From the NCBI GenBank assembly GCA_965262115.1, contig OZ253496.1, positions 736,001 to 800,000 of the forward strand: a DNA stretch of 64,000 nt, written 5' to 3'. Made by a program: the position numbers and the translations under genes. The DNA is from Nitrospinales bacterium (GTDB lineage Bacteria; Nitrospinota; Nitrospinia; Nitrospinales; VA-1). Positions 20,723 to 30,292 of this stretch are shown piece by piece (within the stretch, counting starts at the first letter, position 1; every line of letters starts with the position of its first letter). The notes beneath the pieces were generated by a model. It did no database searches, had not been told where the DNA came from, and saw only the letters and a list, made by a program, of their open reading frames with translations.

Positions 20723-20902
20723 ACTGATACAACAATAATGCTCTATTCTTCATATAGATGCTAGAATTACCAAAAAGTAGCAGATTCTACGGCGAATTTT
20801 TCTCTGAAGTTGCGAGCCCGCCCTTTAACCTTGTTTCCTCTATGTATTTGGCCCCAGAAAAATGTCTTTCCCGCAGTTTTTCTGACATCCCGGTGTAAAC
20901 GG

Positions 20903-21268
20903 TCAAACCTGAAAAGCATTTTCGAGCAATTCAATTTTCCAGGAATTAGGAGGGTCCGACGTCAGGGCCACCACATCGAATCGCATAGGCTTGTCCGCGA
21001 TTCTCTTTCGAGCCAGGAAGCTTTGGGCAGTCTGGACAATCTTTTTCTGTTTGGTAGGAGTAAAGGCATCAAATGGATGACCAAATTCGTGGTCCGAACG
21101 CGCCTTGACTTCAATAAAAACGACCACCCCGGCCTGCTCGGCAATAATATCTATCTCTCCCACTTTCGAGCGAAAGTTTTTTTCAAGAATCCGGTAACCC
21201 TTCTTCTTCAAAAAGGTTATCGCGGCAGACTCGCCTTCACGGCCAAATTGTAATCGTTTCTGAGTCAA
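20903..21268 (-). CDS. YraN family endonuclease-fold protein
   Basis: GREGESAA, ILEKNFR..GEIDII, FIEVKAR, RFDVVA. Confidence 0.92.
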   Translation of the reverse strand: MTQKRLQFGREGESAAITFLKKKGYRILEKNFRSKVGEIDIIAEQAGVVVFIEVKARSDHEFGHPFDAFTPTKQKKIVQTAQSFLARKRIADKPMRFDVVALTSDPPNSWKIELLENAFQV

Positions 21269-21372
21269 TGCGGAGCACCTCCGCTAGTAATCTGCAATAG
21301 CATTTTCATACGTTCAAAGGATTCCTATCGGCTTAACACGTCTCTGCTAGCTGGCCCCACGCCGAGTGTCGG

Positions 21373-24066
21373 CTAGGAGTGGGCAGCGTTCCAGTTTTCT
21401 CCCCACCCCATATCCACAACCAGAGGAACTTTAAGGGAAACCACCTCTTCCATTTCTTTTTTAACCAGAGCCCGCATTTCCTGCTCCTCTTCTTCCGGAC
21501 ATTCAAAAACCAGTTCATCATGGACTTGCAGGATCATGCGGGATTTTAATTTTTTCTTGCTGATTTTTTTTGCCAATTGAATCATCGCCAGCTTGATCAG
21601 GTCTGCCGCACTTCCTTGGACCGGCGAGTTAATCGCAACCCTCTCTGCCGACTCACGCACCTGTCGGTTCTGGCTTTTAAGGTCCGGCAGATAGCGTTTC
21701 CGGTTCATCAGGGTCATTGTGTAACCGACTTCTCTGGCTTGCTCCACGGTCTTTTCCATAAAAACTTTGACATTTTTATAAAGCGCGAAGTATTGATCGA
21801 TGAATTTCTTGGCTTCCTTGGGAAAGATTTTCAACTGCCGGGACAAACCGAAAGCGCTCAAGCCATAAACAATGCCAAAGTTCACCGCCTTAGCCATTCT
21901 TCGGGCTTCCGCATCCAGACGATCCGGGGAAGTCCCGAATATTTCGCAAGCGGTACGGGTGTGAATGTCTTCACCCATTTGAAACGCCTCCATCAAAGCC
22001 TCATCTTCGGAAAGGTGCGCAAGAACCCGCAACTCTACTTGCGAATAGTCTGCCGAAAGCAAGTGATTATTGCCTTCGGCAATGAACGCCTTTCTTATTT
22101 CACGCCCCATTTCGGTGCGGATCGGAATGTTCTGCAGATTCGGATTACTGCTGCTCAACCTGCCGGTCGCCGCTACCGTCTGGTTGAAGGAGGTATGGAC
22201 CCTTCCTGTTTTGCTGAATATCTCCTCCTGCAAAGCATCGACGTAAGTGGACTTGAGCTTACCCAATTGCCGATAGGTCAATATCACTTCAGGGAGATCG
22301 TGCTCCTGCGCCAATTGTTCCAACACCGAAACATCGGTGGAATAACCGCTCTTGATTTTCTTGACAGTCGGCAACCCCAGTTTTTCGAACAGAATCACCG
22401 AAAGCTGTTTAGGAGAGTTAATATTAAATTCTTCTCCGACCAGGGAATAGATTTTCTTTTGATGCTCCTCAATCTTTTTCTGTATAGTTTTGGAAAGCTT
22501 TTGCAGATGCTTTGGGTCGAGTTTCATCCCATGTATTTCCATCTCTGCCAAGACTTCTATAAGAGGCGACTCCAAGTCCAGAAAAAGCTTCAGGTCACCG
22601 CCTTTTAAAAGGGGTGAAAGTTTTTCATACAAACGCCAGGTGATATCCGCATCCTCCGCCGCGTACTCGGTGGCGCGCTCAACATCCACTTCATCAAACC
22701 CGATTTCTTTGGATGCGATGCCCACCACCTCTTTATATTTGATGGTGGTGTGGCCCAAATAATCCCGGGCCAAGTCGTCCATATTGTGCCTTCTACCGGA
22801 AGGATTTAAAATATAGGAGGCCAGCATGGTGTCGAAGGCAACTCCTTGCAGATTGATTCCCTCATTCCTCAATACAATTAAATCGTATTTGATATTTTGA
22901 CCCACTTTTTTAAGTTTTGGGTCTTCGAGCAAAGGTTTGAGTTTCTTGAAAACCCAATCAAGGTTCAACTGATCGGGAACGCCCAGATAGCGATGCGCTA
23001 ATGGAATGTAGCAGGCCACCCCTTCTTCACAGGATAACGAGATACCCACGACCCGAGCCTGCACTGGATGCAGGCTGGTGGTTTCCAGATCAAGCGCGAA
23101 AATTTTTGATTTCTTTAATTGCTTGATCCATCTCTCAAAATCAGCCTCAGTGAGAATAGTTTCATAACGGCTCTCAATCTTTGGCGAACTCTCTCCAGGG
23201 TCAGAGCTATCTTCCAAATCCCCGAGTAAGGAGGAAAACTCAAATTCAGAAAACAATTTTCTCAGTTCCACATTATTGGAGTGCCTAACTTTAAGATCCT
23301 CAAGTTCACCTTCCAGTTCCATCGACGTATCAATGGTCACCAGTTGGCGACTGAGCAAAGCCATCTCCTTGTCCTGAACCAACTTGTCTTTGAGTTTTGC
23401 CTTGTCCACTTCATCAATCCGCTCATACAACTCCTTGATCGAACCGAATTTACGGATGAGCTCCGAGGCGGTTTTCGGTCCGACCCCTTTAACCCCGGGA
23501 ATATGGTCGCTGGAGTCGCCCATCAATCCCATCACATCAATCATCCGGTCTGGAGTCACGCCAAATTTTTCCTCCACTTCCTCCACGCCAAACCATTTAT
23601 TTTTCATGGTATCGAGCATGCGGATATCAGGACCGATCAACTGCATCATATCTTTATCCCCACTGACAATGACCACCTGAAAACCCGCCTTCGCCGCCTT
23701 TTTTGCCAAGGTTCCGATGATATCATCGGCTTCATAACCGGGAACCCTGACGCCATGAATGTTATAGGCTTGTACCAGAGGTTCGAAATAAGGAAATTGT
23801 TTTGCCAGGTCTTCAGGAGGTGCTTCCCGGTTGGCCTTGTAATCCGCATACATCTTGTGACGAAACGTCTTTTCCTTACTGTCGAAAGACACTGCCAGAT
23901 AGTCCGGCTGCTCGTCCTTCACCACCTTCTGCAACATATTGATGAACCCGTACAGGGCATTGGTGGGAAACCCTTTTGATGTGGACAAAAATTGCCGGAT
24001 ACCAAAATAGGCCCGAAAAATGTAAGAAGAACCGTCTATCAGATATAGGGATTTAGCTTTGCTCAT
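21373..24066 (-). CDS. polA: DNA polymerase I
   Basis: LIDGSSYIFRAY, TGRLSSSNPNLQNIP, ADYSQVELR, LQVHDELVFE. Confidence 0.98.
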   Translation of the reverse strand: MSKAKSLYLIDGSSYIFRAYFGIRQFLSTSKGFPTNALYGFINMLQKVVKDEQPDYLAVSFDSKEKTFRHKMYADYKANREAPPEDLAKQFPYFEPLVQAYNIHGVRVPGYEADDIIGTLAKKAAKAGFQVVIVSGDKDMMQLIGPDIRMLDTMKNKWFGVEEVEEKFGVTPDRMIDVMGLMGDSSDHIPGVKGVGPKTASELIRKFGSIKELYERIDEVDKAKLKDKLVQDKEMALLSRQLVTIDTSMELEGELEDLKVRHSNNVELRKLFSEFEFSSLLGDLEDSSDPGESSPKIESRYETILTEADFERWIKQLKKSKIFALDLETTSLHPVQARVVGISLSCEEGVACYIPLAHRYLGVPDQLNLDWVFKKLKPLLEDPKLKKVGQNIKYDLIVLRNEGINLQGVAFDTMLASYILNPSGRRHNMDDLARDYLGHTTIKYKEVVGIASKEIGFDEVDVERATEYAAEDADITWRLYEKLSPLLKGGDLKLFLDLESPLIEVLAEMEIHGMKLDPKHLQKLSKTIQKKIEEHQKKIYSLVGEEFNINSPKQLSVILFEKLGLPTVKKIKSGYSTDVSVLEQLAQEHDLPEVILTYRQLGKLKSTYVDALQEEIFSKTGRVHTSFNQTVAATGRLSSSNPNLQNIPIRTEMGREIRKAFIAEGNNHLLSADYSQVELRVLAHLSEDEALMEAFQMGEDIHTRTACEIFGTSPDRLDAEARRMAKAVNFGIVYGLSAFGLSRQLKIFPKEAKKFIDQYFALYKNVKVFMEKTVEQAREVGYTMTLMNRKRYLPDLKSQNRQVRESAERVAINSPVQGSAADLIKLAMIQLAKKISKKKLKSRMILQVHDELVFECPEEEEQEMRALVKKEMEEVVSLKVPLVVDMGWGENWNAAHS

Positions 24067-24188
24067 AACGACCTCTTAAGTGTGAAAATGCTGGCCAAGT
24101 ATAAAGTCGCAGCTTTACCGTGTCTAATTAATTGTGGTATCATAAAACTCCATTCTGATTATGAACTAATTGAATTAAAAGGCTTAAG

Positions 24189-25211
24189 TTGGAGTCCCCC
24201 ACAAAAATGCGCGCCATTAAAGGTACTACAGAAAAGCAGGATGCCCAAACCCGGTCGATCATTGAAACCGCCCGCAAGGTTCTGAGCATCGAAAGCCAAG
24301 CTATAGCAGGACTGGAAAGCCGGATTGATTCCCAATTCGTCGATGTCGTGCACCATCTGAACAAGTGCAAGCATCTTGTTGTCACAGGGGTTGGAAAATC
24401 CGGACTGATCGGGAAAAAAATTGCATCCACGTTTTCAAGTATCGGACTGCCCTCTCTTTTCCTGCACGCGGCCGAAGCCAGCCACGGAGACTTGGGGATG
24501 ATTTCTGAAGGGGATACAGTGATTGCCATCTCCAACAGCGGGGAAACCGAAGAGATCGTTAAACTGCTCCCGATTTTTAATCGAATCCATTGCACGCTGG
24601 TGGGGATGACCGGCAACAAACAATCCAGCTTGGCCAAAAGAAGCGACTATGTTCTCGACGTCAGCGTTGCAGAAGAAGCCTGCTCTAAAGACCTTGTTCC
24701 CACAGCCAGCACAACGGCCACCTTGGCGATGGGTGACGCACTTGCCATGGCATTCATGGAACTTCGCGGAGTGCAGGAAGAAGATTTCGCGCTCAACCAT
24801 CCCGGCGGCAGCCTCGGCCGGAAACTGCTCACCCTGGTTAGTGACCTAATGCATTCTGGAGAAGATGTCCCCAGAATAAAAGAAAATGCCGACATCTACC
24901 AGGTGCTCAAAGAGATCTCACAAAAAAGATTGGGAATGACACTGGTGGTCGGGGATCAGGATCAGCTTCTCGGCATCATCACCGATGGAGATTTAAGGCG
25001 CCTGATTGAAAAGCAAAAAGACATTTCTCAAACTTGCACTAAGGATATGATGGGCAGCCATCCTAAAACTATTACAGGGGATACTCTGGCGGCAAAAGCG
25101 GTTAGAATCATGCAGGATCACTCCATCACCTCCTTGGCAGTGCTCAGCGATGATCAGAAAATAGAAGGAATCATTCATCTGCACGATATTATCAAGGCAG
25201 GGGTCGTTTAA
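24189..25211 (+). CDS. kdsD: Arabinose-5-phosphate isomerase (KpsF/GutQ, SIS + CBS)
   Basis: TGVGKSG, EASHGDLG, PTASTT, HPGGSLG, CBS pair; true start may be slightly downstream. Confidence 0.93.
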   Translation: MESPTKMRAIKGTTEKQDAQTRSIIETARKVLSIESQAIAGLESRIDSQFVDVVHHLNKCKHLVVTGVGKSGLIGKKIASTFSSIGLPSLFLHAAEASHGDLGMISEGDTVIAISNSGETEEIVKLLPIFNRIHCTLVGMTGNKQSSLAKRSDYVLDVSVAEEACSKDLVPTASTTATLAMGDALAMAFMELRGVQEEDFALNHPGGSLGRKLLTLVSDLMHSGEDVPRIKENADIYQVLKEISQKRLGMTLVVGDQDQLLGIITDGDLRRLIEKQKDISQTCTKDMMGSHPKTITGDTLAAKAVRIMQDHSITSLAVLSDDQKIEGIIHLHDIIKAGVV

Positions 25212-25235
25212 CCCCGATTACTCCCAATTGAAATT

Positions 25236-27872
25236 ATGACCGGCGACGAACTTAGAAAAAAATTCCTGCAATATTTTGAATACCGGGGACACACGATCGT
25301 GTCCAGTTATCCTCTGGTTCCAAAAAATGATTCAACTCTTATGTTCACCAACGCGGGAATGGTGCAGTTTAAAGACGTTTTCCTCGGGGAAGAGAAAAGA
25401 AGCTATAACCGCGCCGTGTCGGTGCAAAAATGTGTTCGTGCCGGCGGAAAACACAACGATCTGGAAATGGTCGGGCGCACGGCACGGCACCACACTTTTT
25501 TTGAGATGCTGGGCAACTTTTCGTTCGGCGATTATTTCAAAAAAGAAGCCATTCAGTTTGGCTGGGAATTCTTAACAGATGTGATTGGCCTGCCCCGGGA
25601 CCGTTTATACATTTCTGTATACGAGAAGGATGACGAAGCTTTCAATCTCTGGGTCGATGAGGTGAAAATGCCGCGCGAGCGGATATACAAGATGGGTGAA
25701 AAGGATAACTTCTGGGCCATGGGACCCACCGGCCCCTGCGGCCCCTGCTCAGAAATATTTATCGATCAAGGTAAAGCAGTCGGTTGCGGGAAACCTTCCT
25801 GCAAGGTCGGTTGCGATTGTGACCGATTCCTGGAGATCTGGAATCTGGTTTTCATGCAGTATGACCGTGATGCCAAGGGCAAACTCACTTCGCTTCCCAA
25901 CCCCTGCATTGATACTGGCATGGGGCTGGAAAGGCTGGCCGCGGTTGTTCAAGGGCGCACTACCAATTACGACACCGATCTCATGATGTCTATCATCACT
26001 GAGGCGGCCCGCATCACGGGAAAAGAATATGGCAGGCAGGATGAGGTGGATGTCTCTCTTCGAGTATTGACCGACCATGCCCGTGCCTCGGTATTTCTGA
26101 TCAGCGATGGCGTCATTCCCTCCAACGAGGGCCGGGGTTATGTCTTGCGTAAAATCATGCGGCGGGCTCTCCGCCACGGAAAACTCCTTGAACAGAAAGG
26201 CCCCTTCTTTCACCGTATCACCAGCAAGGTGATTGACAATTTTAAAGAAGCCTACCCTGAGTTATTCACCAACAAGGACTTCAATCAAAAAGTTGTCCTC
26301 AATGAAGAAGAAAGTTTCGGCAACACCCTGCATTATGGTACTCAGCGTCTGGAAGAAATTCTGGAAAAGGTACGCAAGGCAAAACTCACCACCATACCAG
26401 GAGAAGAAATTTTTAAACTCTATGACACCTACGGTTTTCCCACCGACCTGGTAAAAGAAACCGCCAAGGATGCCGGGCTGACGCTCGACATGGAAGGTTA
26501 CACTCGCGCTATGGATGAGCAGAAGACCAAAGCTATGGCCTCCTGGAAAGGATCGGGAGAAAAAGAAGTCGCTCCCTTTTATAAAGAGTTTTTGCAATCC
26601 TCATCTCCCACTGTATTTGAGGGTTATGGAACCACTCAGGGCGAGGGCCATGTATTGGCTATTTTAAAGGACCAGACACCTGTAGATTCTGCCAAGGCAG
26701 GGGACGAGATAGAATTTTTGACTGACAAGACCCCTTTTTATGGAGAGTCCGGAGGCCAGGTCGGTGACTCCGGTCGGGCTTTTAATAAAAATATTCAACT
26801 GGAACTTGGTGACGCGGTTAAGCCCCTGCCCGGCCTGATCGTTCATAAAGCAAAAATTATTCAGGGAACCCTGCAGACCGGGGACAGCCTGACTCTGGAG
26901 GTGAGCGCCAAGGTCCGGGGTGACACCGCTCTCAATCATTCTGCCACCCACCTTTTGCATGCAGCACTCACGGAAGTTCTGGGCGAACACATCAAACAGG
27001 CGGGCTCGCTGGTAGCACCCGACCGGTTGCGTTTTGATTACACACATTTTTCGCCCCTTACAGATAAAGAAAGAGTTCGAATCGAATCGCGTGTGAATGA
27101 AAAAATCCGCGATAATATCCAGGTCGCAACACAGGAAATGGACATCGACACCGCCATCAAAGAAGGCGCGGTGGCCCTGTTTGGAGAAAAATATGGCGAC
27201 ACAGTTCGCGTTGTCAATATACCCGGATTCAGCAAGGAATTGTGCGGCGGTACTCATGTTACCGCGACCGGCGATATCGGTCTATTCCATATTACTTCTG
27301 AAGGGGGCATCGCATCCGGCGTACGGCGCATTGAGGCTGTCACCGGTGCTACAGCTTATAACACTATCCGGGCCGAGCAGGAATCTTTATCCACACTACG
27401 CAGACTGTTAAAAGCTCCGTCCAACGAAGAAGTTGCCAAGCTGAAAAAACTGTTGGCAAAAAACCGGCAGATGGAAAAAGAGATCACCCTGCTCAAAGAA
27501 AAAATGGTCAGCGGTCAGGAGTCTTCCGGCATCGACGAGGTGCAAAAAGTCGGCGAGATTTCGTTGCTGATTAAAAAACTGGAAGGCGTTGATGCAAAAA
27601 CCCTGCGCACTTTTATCGACAATGCCAAGAACCAGTTAAAATCCGGGATCGTGGTCGTGGGCTCCGTTGCCGATGGAAAAGTATCCATGGCGGCAGGTGT
27701 TACCAAAGACCTGACCGATAAATACCACGCGGGAAATATCATCAAGAGTATAGCGGTGATCGTGGGAGGAAGCGGCGGCGGCCGACCAGACATGGCACAG
27801 GCCGGTGGTTCCCAGATAGACAAGCTTGATGAAGCCCTCAAGAAAGCCGAAGAATTGATCCGCGCTACCTGA
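25236..27872 (+). CDS. alaS: Alanine--tRNA ligase
   Basis: FTNAGMVQFK, RHHTFFEMLGNFSFGDYFK, NHSATHLL, ELCGGTH, GGGRPDMAQAGG. Confidence 0.98.
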   Translation: MTGDELRKKFLQYFEYRGHTIVSSYPLVPKNDSTLMFTNAGMVQFKDVFLGEEKRSYNRAVSVQKCVRAGGKHNDLEMVGRTARHHTFFEMLGNFSFGDYFKKEAIQFGWEFLTDVIGLPRDRLYISVYEKDDEAFNLWVDEVKMPRERIYKMGEKDNFWAMGPTGPCGPCSEIFIDQGKAVGCGKPSCKVGCDCDRFLEIWNLVFMQYDRDAKGKLTSLPNPCIDTGMGLERLAAVVQGRTTNYDTDLMMSIITEAARITGKEYGRQDEVDVSLRVLTDHARASVFLISDGVIPSNEGRGYVLRKIMRRALRHGKLLEQKGPFFHRITSKVIDNFKEAYPELFTNKDFNQKVVLNEEESFGNTLHYGTQRLEEILEKVRKAKLTTIPGEEIFKLYDTYGFPTDLVKETAKDAGLTLDMEGYTRAMDEQKTKAMASWKGSGEKEVAPFYKEFLQSSSPTVFEGYGTTQGEGHVLAILKDQTPVDSAKAGDEIEFLTDKTPFYGESGGQVGDSGRAFNKNIQLELGDAVKPLPGLIVHKAKIIQGTLQTGDSLTLEVSAKVRGDTALNHSATHLLHAALTEVLGEHIKQAGSLVAPDRLRFDYTHFSPLTDKERVRIESRVNEKIRDNIQVATQEMDIDTAIKEGAVALFGEKYGDTVRVVNIPGFSKELCGGTHVTATGDIGLFHITSEGGIASGVRRIEAVTGATAYNTIRAEQESLSTLRRLLKAPSNEEVAKLKKLLAKNRQMEKEITLLKEKMVSGQESSGIDEVQKVGEISLLIKKLEGVDAKTLRTFIDNAKNQLKSGIVVVGSVADGKVSMAAGVTKDLTDKYHAGNIIKSIAVIVGGSGGGRPDMAQAGGSQIDKLDEALKKAEELIRAT

Positions 27873-27978
27873 TAACCCCCTATATTTAAAAGTTCTATAG
27901 AAATGGGTCGGGGAATCCTGTATTATTCCCTATCATCCATTAATTAAGCTGGTTGAAATTTTCCGGAAAGGACCATAT

Positions 27979-28341
27979 ATGAGCGAAATACTGGGTGCCA
28001 CGGGTACCACTTCCCCGATTAATCCCATCAGAAAAAAAGAATTGGATGACAATTGGCGGGCCGTCGCAGCCAAAGCGGTCACCGATGAATCATTCAAAAA
28101 AAGCCTGGCCGCAGACCCCATTAAAGTTCTGGAAGAACATGGGCTGAAAGTGGCTGCAGAAATAAAAATTATTTTTGATGAAACCGACAAGGAGTATAAC
28201 TTCAACATTCCCAAAGACGCCTCGGAAGAAATAAAAGCAGAAGCCCATTGGTGGACCTGGCGTTTAAAGATGATTAAAGAGTTCGCAAAGGAATTGGGTC
28301 GTCAGGTGGGGAACGTAGCCGGCTTCGACGACAGCTACTGA
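27979..28341 (+). CDS. Small protein with an NHLP (nitrile-hydratase-like leader) domain
   Basis: AVAAKAVTDESFKKSLAADPIKVLEEHGL..IKII..NFNIP follows the AKAW.D..FK..L..DP..L...G..L.LP pattern. Confidence 0.6.
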   Translation: MSEILGATGTTSPINPIRKKELDDNWRAVAAKAVTDESFKKSLAADPIKVLEEHGLKVAAEIKIIFDETDKEYNFNIPKDASEEIKAEAHWWTWRLKMIKEFAKELGRQVGNVAGFDDSY

Positions 28342-28355
28342 GACCAAAAAAGTAT

Positions 28356-28432
28356 GCGCCCGTAGCTCAGCTGGATAGAGTATCGGTTTCCGGTACCGAG
28401 GGTCGGAGGTTCGAATCCTCTCGGGCGTACCA
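28356..28432 (+). tRNA. tRNA-Arg(CCG)
   Basis: Cloverleaf GCGCCCGTAGCTCAG..., anticodon arm TCGGT-TTCCGGT-ACCGA, GTTCGAATC, encoded CCA. Confidence 0.96.
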
Positions 28433-28658
28433 TAATTTTTGTTGGGGAAGAATTTGTAAGTGTTGCGACACCCGCAAAAAACCGCGCAGGTTATCCCACA
28501 ACGCAGGACATTTGCAAAAAATACGTCGTGGAAGAAACACAGAATTAGTCCAAGCGGTGGGCACTCTGCCAGATGTTCATCTCCGTCATCTTGCGGAGGG
28601 GCTGATTAACCCCTGCCCACCGCCTTTGGGCTATCAACAAACTATCACAGGGGCCAAA

Positions 28659-28865
28659 ATGAAACTAAACCTGCTGTTACTCGCGCTTATTTTTATATTG
28701 CCCGGGTGTGCACTAAAAGGGCCGCCGCATTACAATAAAAAATATGAGCTTATGTTAGAGCACGAAAAAAAGATTTGCGCGGAGGCCGGATATACAAAAG
28801 GGACAAGGGAGTTTGGTAAGTGCCGTCTGCGAATTTTTAATAAGCAAAGGCGTCAAGAAAAATAA
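28659..28865 (+). CDS. Small predicted lipoprotein
   Basis: MKLNLLLLALIFILPGC lipobox; IC...GY.KGT..F..C motif. Confidence 0.65.
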   Translation: MKLNLLLLALIFILPGCALKGPPHYNKKYELMLEHEKKICAEAGYTKGTREFGKCRLRIFNKQRRQEK

Positions 28866-28871
28866 ACCGGG

Positions 28872-29458
28872 CTATTCCCCGTATTGAAAAACAATGCGGA
28901 CGTTTGCAGGTTTTAATTTTTCAAAAAGGCACTGAAGGAAAGTAGTCACTCCCGGCAAAAATGGGATTGGAAAGAACTCCGGGAATGGGGAAATACCTCG
29001 GTGGCCGTCCGGGAAATTGACGGTCACGGAAACCTTTTTTCTTTTTCTGTGGCGATAAACCCATCCGGGACCCCGGGAAACACTTGCACAGTGACTCCAA
29101 AAAATGCGGCTAATTCCACCCAATCCCTGGCCGTTTGGAACCTGACATTTCTCAGCTTTGCAATAACCTGCAACCGTCTTGTCGCAATATCCCCATCAAT
29201 ATTAAAACATTTGTCCGGTATCCCTACAGATTTTTCCCACTCCTCGATCAAATTTAAAGTTAAATTAATGTCAAGCTCTTCGTTGGTTGTTTGAATCAAG
29301 GTCTCAATTTCGCTGAACGCCCCACCAAGAGCCAGGAGCAGCTTGCCCATACTAGTCGAACGCCCGTTCTTAGAATCCCATGCCCTGCCGTTGGGCATGA
29401 ACTCTGCTATTTTAAAACCTTGTTCTAACTTTGGAATAGGAATAAATTGATCTTTCAT
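28872..29458 (-). pseudogene. Frameshifted phage baseplate/tail protein (YmfQ/DUF2313, Mu gp48-like)
   Basis: MPNGRAW, IEEWEKSVGIPDKC, RRLQVIAKL; the C-terminus LQCLFEKLKPANV is in another frame after ~29030. Confidence 0.75.
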
Positions 29459-29473
29459 GGCATCACATTTATA

Positions 29474-29512
29474 AAAGAAGCACTTGGCTCACATTGGGCG
29501 AAGTGCTTCTTT
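29474..29512 (-). terminator. Hairpin terminator downstream of the CRISPR array
   Basis: 12 bp inverted repeat AAAGAAGCACTT/AAGTGCTTCTTT with T-rich tail on the minus strand. Confidence 0.6.
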
Positions 29513-29604
29513 GTTTATGGCCCTGGTTTTGCTGCCTGTTTATAACCTGAAAGGAGAACACCATGGGCATTGTAAAATTACTTATCCAAACGGATTATAA
29601 GCTT

Positions 29605-30292
29605 TTTCTAAGCTGCCTGTGCGGCAGTGAACAGGGTGCAATAAGTAGTGCCATTGCCGCTGTTTTTCTAAGCTGCCTGTGCGGCAGTGAACTCGCTGGT
29701 GATCGATTTACGCTTATCTGAATCTTTCTAAGCTGCCTGTGCGGCAGTGAATCTACAATAAAGATTGTCATACTTGAGATCATCTTTCTAAGCTGCCTGT
29801 GCGGCAGTGAACCGGTTGACCAGGGGTTGCCGCTATTTGCCAAGTTTCTAAGCTGCCTGTGCGGCAGTGAACCGTTAAGCTTGCAGTAATTTTGTCGTCA
29901 TGTGTTTCTAAGCTGCCTGTGCGGCAGTGAACTGGGTGAAGCTGGCATGTAGTCGGAATCTCGATTTCTAAGCTGCCTGTGCGGCAGTGAACACGAAAAA
30001 GAGTTTCGGCTTGAGGACATTAGATTTCTAAGCTGCCTGTGCGGCAGTGAACACTAGAAGCCCCATTTGCGAAAGTCATAAATATTTCTAAGCTGCCTGT
30101 GCGGCAGTGAACGATGGACATTTGGCTCGCGAAGTCAAGAAGACTTTCTAAGCTGCCTGTGCGGCAGTGAACACTAGAAGCCCCATTTGCGAAAGTCATA
30201 AATATTTCTAAGCTGCCTGTGCGGCAGTGAACAAGACTTTGTTTTAGGCGAGCTTGCTGGTTTCTTTCTAAGCTGCCTGTGCGGCAGTGAAC
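29605..30292 (-). CRISPR. Type I-F CRISPR array: 12 repeats (GTTCACTGCCGCACAGGCAGCTTAGAAA), 11 spacers of 32 bp
   Basis: 28 bp repeat at exact 60 bp period. One variant base at 29752. Spacers 30053-30084 and 30173-30204 are identical. Confidence 0.98.

Noticed and set aside
20312..20764. 150 aa ORF with repeating LSVVFRLSFGC
   Set aside because: Product of the stop-free 11 bp repeat, and antisense to nfuA.
21577..23979. Long plus-strand ORFs (343 and 232 aa) inside polA
   Set aside because: Antisense shadows of a conserved gene with no motifs.
29528..29540. GCTGCCTGT as a degenerate terminal repeat
   Set aside because: Only 9 bp match and out of the 60 bp register.
29595..29843. 82 aa ORF with SLPHRQLRK repeats
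   Set aside because: Translation of CRISPR repeats and spacers.
29633..30264. Spacers targeting this window
   Set aside because: No match found by eye; a genome-wide alignment is still needed.
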